DNA of 64,000 nt, from the IMG/VR virus record IMGVR_UViG_3300042554_001750; one strand, written 5' to 3'. Positions 16,671-25,197 of the stretch are shown piece after piece. Position 1 is the first letter of the stretch. The number at the start of each line of letters is the position of its first letter. The notes under the pieces are model-generated. The model did not search any database and was not told the DNA's origin. It saw nothing but the letters and a program-made list of their open reading frames with translations. Both the position numbers and the translations under genes were made by a program. Source of the stretch: a virus (lineage: Duplodnaviria; Caudoviricetes).

Positions 16671-19385
16671 TTAACCGAAACTAAACAAATCATCAAATGT
16701 TGAATTTGTATCTGTGTTGCTACGCAAATCCCAACCTAACACACCTAGCAAGTTTTCAATCTTTTCGTCAACTAGTGTGCGTTCCATTTCACTATCATCA
16801 AACGGCAACTCACAGAACCATTGAGGCAATCTAAGTTCGTCAGTTGGATAAGCAATACTTGTAAAGTTCAATGGATTGGGTTTAAGTTTACAAACAATAA
16901 CCTTCATTCCGTCAACAATCTTCATACTATAGTTGTCACTGTTGACACGGCGTAGATAGTTGTAGTTTAGTGCTCCTCTGACATGTCCGGGCATATTAGC
17001 ACGACCTGTTGGGCTTTTCTTTTCTAGTTCTTCGTAATATGTAAGTTTGTTTACAGACTTAGGACTACCCTTTGTCCAACTATCCTGTGCAGATAAGATC
17101 CGTTTGAAACCTTTGATAGCTTCAATTACTTCGTCACGACCCTTACCTTGTTGAATGACCATGCTCAATATATTCATTAAGAATTCTTGAACATACTTAG
17201 GAGTATCAGCCCGTTTCAAATCAAGACCCATAGCCTTGATATCACCCAGTTTGCCATCTTTATCTTTGCGCTTACCTTCTTTATCAAAGATATTGATTGC
17301 ATAACGCTTCTTAGTAATAAAGATAGTACGGTCACCAATTAATTCACGACCAGCCTTGATGATTTCACCGTTCTTGCGAGGCGCGTGAAATGCACGTTCC
17401 ATGAATGCGGGGAATGTGTCATTTGTTTGTTCAGCAATACTATCGTATAAACCTATACAAACATCCTTGTTCCATTCTAATTCATTATTATCTATTTGTG
17501 TTTTAAGAATAGGATAAGCACTAAAGTAGCATGAGTCAGTATCCCCGTATACAATTGCGGGACCATTATGATTGTATTCGCCTTCTACAATTTCATTGAT
17601 CTGGCTCATCATGTGTTTAACAATCTGACGACCACTCAATGTTACTGATTGACCAATGCGTTTATCATAGAATCGGCAATGCTCATTCAAAAGTGCGCCA
17701 TACGCAGAGTTAAGCAAAATTTTACGGACAAGCTGTCGTTTGTCGTAATATTCATACATATCAGTGCCGTATGCTTCCTTAGCTTGCTTTTGAATTGACT
17801 TCCGTTCTGTATACCAGCGTGATAACAGACCTGGAATTACACCTTCAGTATCATACCTAAAGATTGTTCCATTAGCACTAAGAATAAATGGATTGTGACT
17901 ATCAAAGATTAATTTCCATATCTCAGCAGCACTCATTTCTACGCTATCACCATTTTCATAGTCAAGTGTAAGCATAGTACCACGCTCTTGGCGCATGATT
18001 GCTTCATATTCTAATGAACCAAATAAACCTTCCCAGAGTATCGCGCCAGTTACTTCTTCATCATCGTCCTTGGCACGTTTCTTTTCACTGGCTAGCCTTC
18101 TGCCTTTATCTCGCATGTACTGGTCAGTAAGTGTTTGTCTGACTTGTCCAACGATTGTTTCGGGGGCCATGTTAAGGGCGCGAATAGCCGAGGGATAGAG
18201 CGAGTTAATGTCAACTGCACCGACCCATTCGTGGATGCCTCTTTTGGGCGTAGCAACATAGGCACCTGCCGCTTGTTGTTCATCTGTATGATTTTCCTTT
18301 CGTCGTTTATCGGGTACTACCATACCACGTTCATGAGCCTCGTTCATGATTGCCATTTCAATCATTGCAACAGACCCCATGACAGTTGGCAATAGCACAG
18401 TATTTTCATGTGCTAGTGCATTAGCTAAATCTAAAAACTTAAGTTTATTATGAATCTTAACAAGCAACATTGTATCTTGGCGATTGTATTCTACGAACCT
18501 TTTAAAGTCCTTGTTATACAATTGATCCAATGTACCTTCGTACTGTGTTTTGTTTTCACCGACTTCCATTTCACCAATGAAGTCCAATTTATAACTATGC
18601 CGACTTTCATAGTTGTACTTCTTATACAACTGCAAATAGTCCATATGAACACGACCAACTAGATCATATGTTGTTTCTTCTTTACCGAAACGCTCATAGG
18701 TTCTTGGCTTGGGAAGTTGACCAAGCAAACAAAACTTGCGTGTGTCATCCTTGCTCATAACCCTTGTTACACGGTTAACCATGTAGGGTATATCATAGCC
18801 TTCTGAGTTCCAACCAGTAAGAATATCAGCATCCTCAATCAGTTGAAAGAATGTTTCAAACATTTCTATTTCACTACGGAACAGAAGTGTGTTGGGCATA
18901 TCTTTAACTAAATCGTGTGCAGTTTCATCTGTCATGCCGCGAGGAGGGATGACAAGGGTAACTAGTTGGTCTAGCCAATCTAGGTATAGACTGATTGCAG
19001 TTACAGGATTGAAGGGATCACTTGTGGGACTAAAACCCTTTTCAGGATCAAAGTCAACCTCAATGTCAAAGAAGCATGTATGTAGCTTGGGACTTTCTAC
19101 CCCAAGATAATTTTCGCTTAGACAACGGAACACAACGTTGATATCACTTTCAAACAATTTCTTGTTTGCGTGAATCCTGCGTTCCTTTTCAAATTCACTA
19201 CGCTTGCGTGAACTGAATTTAGTTACCTTATCTCCGAAGATGCTATGATATTTGCCTTTTAAATCGCTGAAATAAAAAGTATAATTGCAAGGATATTCCT
19301 TGTAGGTTCGTTTACCTTCAGGAGTTCGTTCTACTACATAGATGCGGTCACTATCACGGTCATGGATAGCATCAATATAACTCAT
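16671..19385 (-). CDS. Family B DNA polymerase (gp43-like)
   Basis: FDIE exonuclease motif, DINSLYP, KILLNSAYG, YGDTDS, KKRY. Confidence 0.97.
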   Translation of the reverse strand: MSYIDAIHDRDSDRIYVVERTPEGKRTYKEYPCNYTFYFSDLKGKYHSIFGDKVTKFSSRKRSEFEKERRIHANKKLFESDINVVFRCLSENYLGVESPKLHTCFFDIEVDFDPEKGFSPTSDPFNPVTAISLYLDWLDQLVTLVIPPRGMTDETAHDLVKDMPNTLLFRSEIEMFETFFQLIEDADILTGWNSEGYDIPYMVNRVTRVMSKDDTRKFCLLGQLPKPRTYERFGKEETTYDLVGRVHMDYLQLYKKYNYESRHSYKLDFIGEMEVGENKTQYEGTLDQLYNKDFKRFVEYNRQDTMLLVKIHNKLKFLDLANALAHENTVLLPTVMGSVAMIEMAIMNEAHERGMVVPDKRRKENHTDEQQAAGAYVATPKRGIHEWVGAVDINSLYPSAIRALNMAPETIVGQVRQTLTDQYMRDKGRRLASEKKRAKDDDEEVTGAILWEGLFGSLEYEAIMRQERGTMLTLDYENGDSVEMSAAEIWKLIFDSHNPFILSANGTIFRYDTEGVIPGLLSRWYTERKSIQKQAKEAYGTDMYEYYDKRQLVRKILLNSAYGALLNEHCRFYDKRIGQSVTLSGRQIVKHMMSQINEIVEGEYNHNGPAIVYGDTDSCYFSAYPILKTQIDNNELEWNKDVCIGLYDSIAEQTNDTFPAFMERAFHAPRKNGEIIKAGRELIGDRTIFITKKRYAINIFDKEGKRKDKDGKLGDIKAMGLDLKRADTPKYVQEFLMNILSMVIQQGKGRDEVIEAIKGFKRILSAQDSWTKGSPKSVNKLTYYEELEKKSPTGRANMPGHVRGALNYNYLRRVNSDNYSMKIVDGMKVIVCKLKPNPLNFTSIAYPTDELRLPQWFCELPFDDSEMERTLVDEKIENLLGVLGWDLRSNTDTNSTFDDLFSFG

Positions 19386-19645
19386 AGAGTCTTGCCAACT
19401 GCCTCTAGAATAGTATTCAAATCATCGTGTTCTTGATTGGCTTGTGTTAGACTAGCCTTGTGTGCAATACGGATAGCCTTCTTTAATACACTGGGCTTTA
19501 CTTCCAATTCTTCTGCGATTGCCTTAACTGTGTCACTCAAACCCTCATTCAATGTTTCAATCTCATGCATGACTGCCATGCCTTCATTGATGAGTTGGGT
19601 CAGTTTGATCTTTTGATCGCCACTAAAAGTCTTAGATGTAGTCAT
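19382..19645 (-). CDS. Small dsDNA-binding protein (T4 DsbA/GapR-like)
   Basis: Helical 87 aa, KAIAEELEVKPSVLKKAIR pattern. Confidence 0.6.
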   Translation of the reverse strand: MTTSKTFSGDQKIKLTQLINEGMAVMHEIETLNEGLSDTVKAIAEELEVKPSVLKKAIRIAHKASLTQANQEHDDLNTILEAVGKTL

Positions 19646-19679
19646 TGTTTCTCCTTAAAAGTGTTTGATTATATATGTA

Positions 19680-20270
19680 TTACAGTTGTTTTTCAACAAT
19701 CTTTTTTACCGTTTTGTGTAATCCGGGATTTACATGCAATGAATGCGGTACAAGATTTTTACGGATATAGTTGCGTGTATACCGTTCATCTTCGTTACTC
19801 AAATCTTCGCACCATTCTAAATTTTTTCTTTGACACCAATCAATGAGTTCACTTTTAGGTGTAGTAAGAAATGGGCGAATAACATTGCCACGAATAATAT
19901 TAGGCACTTTGGGCTTACCATGCATTGCTGACCAAAGATATGTTTCTACACAATCATCTAAATGATGTGCGGTAATTACTGGTCCCAATGTAGCCAAATA
20001 CTGATAGCGTTCTTCACGCCAAAATTCTTCGTAACTCATATCACTGGGTTTGTCCCGATTTAGCAAACCCAAAAACATAGGTAATTTTCTTTGTGTACAA
20101 AACTTGCTTACAAACTTTAATGCCCGTTCGCTATTCTCTGTACCATGGTGATAGAATGCACAGGCAACATCATGCTTTTTGGATAAGAAATCCACAACAG
20201 CAACACTATCCACACCGCCGCTAAAGGCTACGGTAACTTGTTTGGGCAATGGGAATAATAGTTTAATCAT
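19680..20270 (-). CDS. tilS: tRNA(Ile)-lysidine synthase, catalytic PP-loop domain only
   Basis: AFSGGVDS, TAHHLDDCVET, RPFL, EDLSN, RNYIR; start 20270 lies 6 nt after TATACT. Confidence 0.85.
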   Translation of the reverse strand: MIKLLFPLPKQVTVAFSGGVDSVAVVDFLSKKHDVACAFYHHGTENSERALKFVSKFCTQRKLPMFLGLLNRDKPSDMSYEEFWREERYQYLATLGPVITAHHLDDCVETYLWSAMHGKPKVPNIIRGNVIRPFLTTPKSELIDWCQRKNLEWCEDLSNEDERYTRNYIRKNLVPHSLHVNPGLHKTVKKIVEKQL

Positions 20271-20296
20271 TGTGCTAGTATAGCACAACTTAGAAT

Positions 20297-21001
20297 TTAT
20301 TGAAAGATGTGATGGTTCTGTTCGCCGTAAATCTTAATATATTTTCCAGCAAGTGCATCAGCCATTACCTCAATTGGGCTACCGGGATAACTATCACCCG
20401 GTTGAATCATATTCAATTCACCTTGGCGAACATGCACCAACTCATGGAAAACAGTTCTAAGAATATCTACAAGGTTACGGTTTTTAGCATAAACCCAAAC
20501 CTTATTGGAACCCTCAGTATGGCTACCTGTATGATGACCGTCTTGTGCTTCTTCGGTATCCATGCTAAGTTCTATTTCTGGGCGGGTTTGTAAATTCAAT
20601 CGTTTACGAGCCCAATCCGCAAACTTATTAACTTCATCCTCTAAATCACACTCAACATTTGCTTCGTCTAATTTACCTTTTATCCATTTATCTGGAGTTT
20701 CTTTATACTTTCGTTTAAATTTATTGTGTAATAACTCGCTTGTCATGTGATGGCGTTTAGCGATTTTTCTAATCAATTGATCAATAGTATTGTAATCATG
20801 CTTTGATAAGCTAGGTAACTTTTTTGCTAATTCATGTTCTGGTGATTCATACATGCTTTCGCCGCCGCCACCTCCGTCACCACCATCTGATTCGCCGGAG
20901 CCGAAACCAAAGTATCCGTAACCGGGAAAGAAATATCTACGTAAGGATTTTTTCCTAGACTTAGATTTTTTACGTTCGGTGATAAATTCAGTCGCTCTCA
21001 T
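20297..21001 (-). CDS. Modular protein with C-terminal HExxH metallopeptidase-like domain; putative internal head protein
   Basis: N-terminal MRATEFITE; HELVH...E motif. Confidence 0.65.
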   Translation of the reverse strand: MRATEFITERKKSKSRKKSLRRYFFPGYGYFGFGSGESDGGDGGGGGESMYESPEHELAKKLPSLSKHDYNTIDQLIRKIAKRHHMTSELLHNKFKRKYKETPDKWIKGKLDEANVECDLEDEVNKFADWARKRLNLQTRPEIELSMDTEEAQDGHHTGSHTEGSNKVWVYAKNRNLVDILRTVFHELVHVRQGELNMIQPGDSYPGSPIEVMADALAGKYIKIYGEQNHHIFQ

Positions 21002-21015
21002 AATAAGTATTTATC

Positions 21016-21450
21016 TTAACACCAACTCTGTTTGGCTTCACCGTAATATTCACGGGCAAAACCATTTTGAATCAGCATACTACGAAGGCTTTGTCCGTTA
21101 AGTATAATATCTCCTAGAACACGACCCCCAAACTTATCCCAATCATATAATACAACTTGGCGCTTTTGTGCGTTTGCTACTGCTTGTTTTGTAAATGCAC
21201 TTGCAGCTTGTCCACGCTGATCTTCCTGCGGGCATTTAGCACGGAATCCTTTCTCAGGTGTGTCAACCCCAAAGACACGAACTGCTAGTTCTTTCTTTAA
21301 TGGTGCTGGTAAAAAAGGTGCCTCTATGACTACAGTATCACCGTCATTTACCCTAAGAATATTAGCATCATAAGTTACACCTTGAGGTTTCTTTTGTGCA
21401 TAAGCAGTTGACATTAACGCTAATAAAACTATTGCTATTATTTTTTTCAT
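21016..21450 (-). CDS. Thermonuclease (SNase-like) with signal peptide
   Basis: DGDT, RVFGVDTPE, DKFGGRVLG, NGFA; hydrophobic N-terminus. Confidence 0.88.
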   Translation of the reverse strand: MKKIIAIVLLALMSTAYAQKKPQGVTYDANILRVNDGDTVVIEAPFLPAPLKKELAVRVFGVDTPEKGFRAKCPQEDQRGQAASAFTKQAVANAQKRQVVLYDWDKFGGRVLGDIILNGQSLRSMLIQNGFAREYYGEAKQSWC

Positions 21451-21454
21451 TCTT

Positions 21455-21561
21455 ACTCCGTAATAAAATGCTCACTTTGTAGTTTCACGGTAGCGAATCG
21501 TTACTCCTAAAGCCAGCAGCCGGCTACACCACGCAACGGATTGCGGTCCTAAGGTGGGTTC
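21455..21561 (-). ncRNA. Candidate structured intergenic RNA
   Basis: GC-rich island with CGCAA-UCCG-UUGCG hairpin inside CACC/GGUG, plus AGCC/GGCU and GUAGC/GCUAC pairings; class unknown. Confidence 0.4.
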
Positions 21562-22668
21562 TTAAACTCTTGCTAATACAAATTGATTACCTTCAGCTTG
21601 TGGTTGATTTGCAATTTCTGGTGGTAAATCACTATATGGAATAGGCTTATACCCATATCTACCTGCGAATCTACGAATCATAGCTTGATACGCACTTGTC
21701 CTTGAGCCACCTTTACTCGCAAATAATATATAGTCCGGAACATTTATGTTTTTCAAATATTCGTTGAATGCTTTTAATACCGTAGCAAAAACTTTACCTG
21801 CATCACCTTCGCCAGTTTTTTCATATGTGCCACCTCTAGTGAAATCAAAATCAATCGCATTGATTTCTTCATGTAATGGGGTAAAGATAACTTCAATGTC
21901 ACGACCTTCACTATCATGTGCTACCGCAACATTGGCATATGTTTCATCATCTTCATACCAACTTTCAATTGGAAAAGATTTTTCAACATCAATTGATTCA
22001 TTTGTTTGTTTTTGTTGTGTTATCCATTGTCTAGCTTGTGGCTTGTTGGGCGGTGCGTTCGTAAATTTAACTAATTTTTTATAGGTATTTTGAATTTGAG
22101 ACTCGGTGCTAGCGCCATCACCACTATTGTCTATGATTGACAAATTATCAAATATCTGGGCAAATTTTCCAATATTGTTTTGAACATCATACCAGCTTTG
22201 TACTACCAATTTATCAGGTACAGTTCTTGTTCTTTGTTGATTGCGCTTTCGTGCTACTTCTAATTCTGTGTTGACAACAACAAGAAATGTATTATAACCT
22301 AATGCATCAAAGTTATTTTTTAACTTAGAAACTTTTTCATAGTCGTCGCCGGTACCGTCAATTACAAGACCCAATCTCCCGTCAATTGCTAGTTCTGATT
22401 TATCAGCAGTGATATCTTTTGCTTTTTGTCTTACAACATCACGCTTTTCTTTTTCTTCAGGTGGCATTTTAGGATCAATTGCATGTTTTTTCATTAGATA
22501 TTCAAAAGCAATATCACTATTGATGTTTACATATCCTAAAGCCTGTAACCCTAATTTTTGAGTAACATAACTTTTACCACTTCCGGGACCACCGATAATA
22601 AACACTGCTTTGAAAATAGCAGGGTCATTTACACCTTCACTGACATTAGTGAATTCTACGGCTCTCAT
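21562..22668 (-). CDS. P-loop kinase (zeta-toxin/AAA_33-like) fused to a GNAT-like module; putative internal head protein
   Basis: N-terminal MRAVEF..VSE; GGPGSGKS, IDGTG, RNQQR; C-terminal TGEGDAGKVFATV module. Confidence 0.7.
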   Translation of the reverse strand: MRAVEFTNVSEGVNDPAIFKAVFIIGGPGSGKSYVTQKLGLQALGYVNINSDIAFEYLMKKHAIDPKMPPEEKEKRDVVRQKAKDITADKSELAIDGRLGLVIDGTGDDYEKVSKLKNNFDALGYNTFLVVVNTELEVARKRNQQRTRTVPDKLVVQSWYDVQNNIGKFAQIFDNLSIIDNSGDGASTESQIQNTYKKLVKFTNAPPNKPQARQWITQQKQTNESIDVEKSFPIESWYEDDETYANVAVAHDSEGRDIEVIFTPLHEEINAIDFDFTRGGTYEKTGEGDAGKVFATVLKAFNEYLKNINVPDYILFASKGGSRTSAYQAMIRRFAGRYGYKPIPYSDLPPEIANQPQAEGNQFVLARV

Positions 22669-23111
22669 TATGCACGCTGTTTCTTAAGTATGCTACGCAA
22701 CATCCAGCCATGTTTGCCATGTGCGTCAATGCGACTTGCTATGAAATCAGCAATGCCCTGTTCGTTTTCTTGTTCAGCAATAGGAAATGCTTGTTTCCAC
22801 ATGTTTAATAATGTGGCATTGTCTTGTTGTAATTCTGCAATCATTAATTCGGCACGAGGAATTTTAGTTTGATCTGGTATTTGGCTTAGTTCAGCAAAGC
22901 GAGTAATAGAACCAGGTGTATAACTATCTAATTGACGAATTAATTCTGCTGTTTGGTCAATAGCGTTATCATATACTTCTTCGTACAAATTACCTAAAAA
23001 CTCATGGTATTGTGGGAAATCTGGACCTTCCACATTCCAATGAAAGTTTTGTGCTTTAATTACAAAAGCATAGCTTGTTGCTAATAATGTTTTAAGTGCG
23101 TCTGCTAACAT
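22668..23111 (-). CDS. dps: Dps/ferritin-like DNA protection protein
   Basis: HWNVEGPDFPQYHEFLGNLYEE, DQTAELIRQL, HGWML. Confidence 0.9.
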   Translation of the reverse strand: MLADALKTLLATSYAFVIKAQNFHWNVEGPDFPQYHEFLGNLYEEVYDNAIDQTAELIRQLDSYTPGSITRFAELSQIPDQTKIPRAELMIAELQQDNATLLNMWKQAFPIAEQENEQGIADFIASRIDAHGKHGWMLRSILKKQRA

Positions 23112-23120
23112 AAATTACCT

Positions 23121-23240
23121 TTAATTATTTTTTGCAAATTCTGCTAATAAATCTCTTGCATGAGAAAAATCAATTGCCTGACAGTTGAAATCTTTCCATT
23201 CACCGCTTGCACATAACACTCTGAAATTGTATGTTTTCAT
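23121..23240 (-). CDS. Small hypothetical protein, 39 aa (not in ORF track)
   Basis: MKTYNFRVLCASGEWKDF...; TAATG overlap with the upstream gene. Confidence 0.55.
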   Translation of the reverse strand: MKTYNFRVLCASGEWKDFNCQAIDFSHARDLLAEFAKNN

Positions 23241-23935
23241 TATTTCTTTCTACCCTGACAATGTGCTCTTTGACTGAATCCTTTTGGATTAGAACAGTTA
23301 ATGCTACGCTTGTATTTTTCAGACCACTTTTCGTTAATTTCTTCTTCGTTGGTCATTGCCATAATACGGCGTTGTCCATGGCGCTTGAACTTATCAGTTT
23401 CTTGCTCATAAGTACCGGGCATCGGTAAGCCTTTACCACCACCGGTGTGAAATTCTTGGTCTGTGCCTTCTTCTACACTTTCAGATTTGTTGCCCCAGTT
23501 GCTAGCACCTTTTTTACGGCACTTAACTAATGCGCCACTAGCATATGCAGAAGGCCATACTTTGTAACGGCTCTTTACTTTGTAGTAGCAAGCATCCTTC
23601 TTTTCATTAATCATTAATTCGCTAAACATTGCCCCACCACAATGTGGACATTTTTCTTCCATTACGCCTTCATTTGATTTTTTCTTAGTAGCAACATTGA
23701 TTGCCTTGCCACTGCGCTCTGGATTAGGATCTTCTCTGCGCTTTTTACTAGCCGCATACTTGCGACCTTTCTTACCCAATGAATGTGCTTTTGCTTGTGG
23801 TAAACATTTTGGCTTACCTTCGCTATCATCACCTCTAGCACATGCGCCACGAATCTTACCATCAGGACCAAATCTTACCCACTTCTCTTTAAACCATTTT
23901 CTAAGATTTTCAGTAATGATTTCATTTGCTCTCAT
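23240..23935 (-). CDS. Modular basic/Cys-rich protein; putative processed head polyprotein
   Basis: MRANEIITE start; short modules each following an x-N/E-E site. Confidence 0.7.
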   Translation of the reverse strand: MRANEIITENLRKWFKEKWVRFGPDGKIRGACARGDDSEGKPKCLPQAKAHSLGKKGRKYAASKKRREDPNPERSGKAINVATKKKSNEGVMEEKCPHCGGAMFSELMINEKKDACYYKVKSRYKVWPSAYASGALVKCRKKGASNWGNKSESVEEGTDQEFHTGGGKGLPMPGTYEQETDKFKRHGQRRIMAMTNEEEINEKWSEKYKRSINCSNPKGFSQRAHCQGRKK

Positions 23936-24341
23936 TTTGTAAGCCCTTCATGATAGCACTTTCTTTTGGTACACAATTAGGTACCATTTTGTCACCCTTC
24001 TTTTTCATACCAACTTGCTTATGGGTGTCCCAACATTTCTCATCTAATTTCTCTATTTCAGCTTGATTAGGCACATGTCTTGGCTTGTAATATCTTTGTG
24101 CTTGTCCCGCGCCACCACCAGTAGAATAAATTTGACCTTCGTCTACTTCTAATTCTTTTTTGGTTGCTTTTACAATTCCACTGAATCTTTTGTTTGCTTT
24201 AGCTATTTTTTCTTGGGACTTAGGGTCATCTACATTGCTAAATGCTTCTTTATCTAAACGGCTGGCTTCTGCACCAGCTTTCTTTTTGTAACTTGCTAAT
24301 GTTGCAGGACTTAACTCAAATAAAAATTCAGTAGATTTCAT
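23922..24341 (-). CDS. Modular basic protein; putative processed head polyprotein
   Basis: MKSTEFLFE start; modules LSPATLASYKKKA and KCWDTHKQVGMKKKGDKMVPNC follow E sites. Confidence 0.7.
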   Translation of the reverse strand: MKSTEFLFELSPATLASYKKKAGAEASRLDKEAFSNVDDPKSQEKIAKANKRFSGIVKATKKELEVDEGQIYSTGGGAGQAQRYYKPRHVPNQAEIEKLDEKCWDTHKQVGMKKKGDKMVPNCVPKESAIMKGLQNESK

Positions 24342-24342
24342 A

Positions 24343-25152
24343 TTAGTCCTTTTTTACTTTTTCAGGTAAACCCTTATGCTTTGTGGCAGCAAAATCTTTA
24401 ACATCGCCTTTAGTCATAGATTTAGCAACGCCTTTTAGTTCTTTGCTTGCACCTTTAATTTTTGCACCCTTTTGCATAGCATGTGCCATACCAAAGAATT
24501 TCTGTTGTGCTTTACTGACTGCTTTTTCATTTACCTTTGATTCACCTACGCCTCCACCTGCAATGACACCACCTGTCATTTCTTGCATCATTTTTTCATC
24601 ATAGTATTCTTTTACTGCGTTTAGATAATCATTGGCTTTGATGAGTTTTTCTTGTACCCAACCTTCAATGCCTTCTTCTTCGCTGCGGTTTTGTAGTAAT
24701 TCATAAATTGATTTAGCATTCTTCATTGTTGCTAAAACATCGCTGCGAGCCATTTCAACTTCGTGGTCTACACGACTTTGACCATGCTGTACAAAGCCTG
24801 TTTTACGCTTCATTTTTGTTCCTGGAACAATGATTACATCATCTTCATCTAATTTAGCTTCTTCAACTTTTTTCTTATCATCCTGATGTTGTTTGATTTT
24901 TTCTTCTGTATCTTTTTTCTGCTTGTTAGACTTATCAACATTTTTTTGTAGTTTACTTAAAAAGTCTTTTTTAGCTTCAGAAATACTATTAGCGTATGGG
25001 CCTTTTTTCTTTGCCTTACCAGACATAACCTTTTCTGCTGGTTCAAGACCTTTTACATCAGGTCTTTTTTGTGTTTCGCCCATTGGTTTAGCAACAGTGG
25101 CGACTGCTCCTGCAGTTGTCATTTCATTAATGATAATTTGATTGATTTTCAT
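24343..25152 (-). CDS. Modular protein; putative processed head polyprotein
   Basis: MKINQIIINE start at 25152; GATAAATA at 25176-25183. Confidence 0.7.
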   Translation of the reverse strand: MKINQIIINEMTTAGAVATVAKPMGETQKRPDVKGLEPAEKVMSGKAKKKGPYANSISEAKKDFLSKLQKNVDKSNKQKKDTEEKIKQHQDDKKKVEEAKLDEDDVIIVPGTKMKRKTGFVQHGQSRVDHEVEMARSDVLATMKNAKSIYELLQNRSEEEGIEGWVQEKLIKANDYLNAVKEYYDEKMMQEMTGGVIAGGGVGESKVNEKAVSKAQQKFFGMAHAMQKGAKIKGASKELKGVAKSMTKGDVKDFAATKHKGLPEKVKKD

Positions 25153-25197
25153 AGTAAAGTTCCGAAATAATATAGTATTTATCAAAATACCATCTAA

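Noticed and set aside
16671-19385. Intein or intron in DNA polymerase
   Set aside because: Normal length, motifs contiguous, no intein splice motifs.
19680-20270. QueC annotation for the PP-loop protein
   Set aside because: It has the TilS-specific AHHLDD..ET and D.SN...RN.IR motifs and lacks the QueC C-terminal Zn-binding cysteines.
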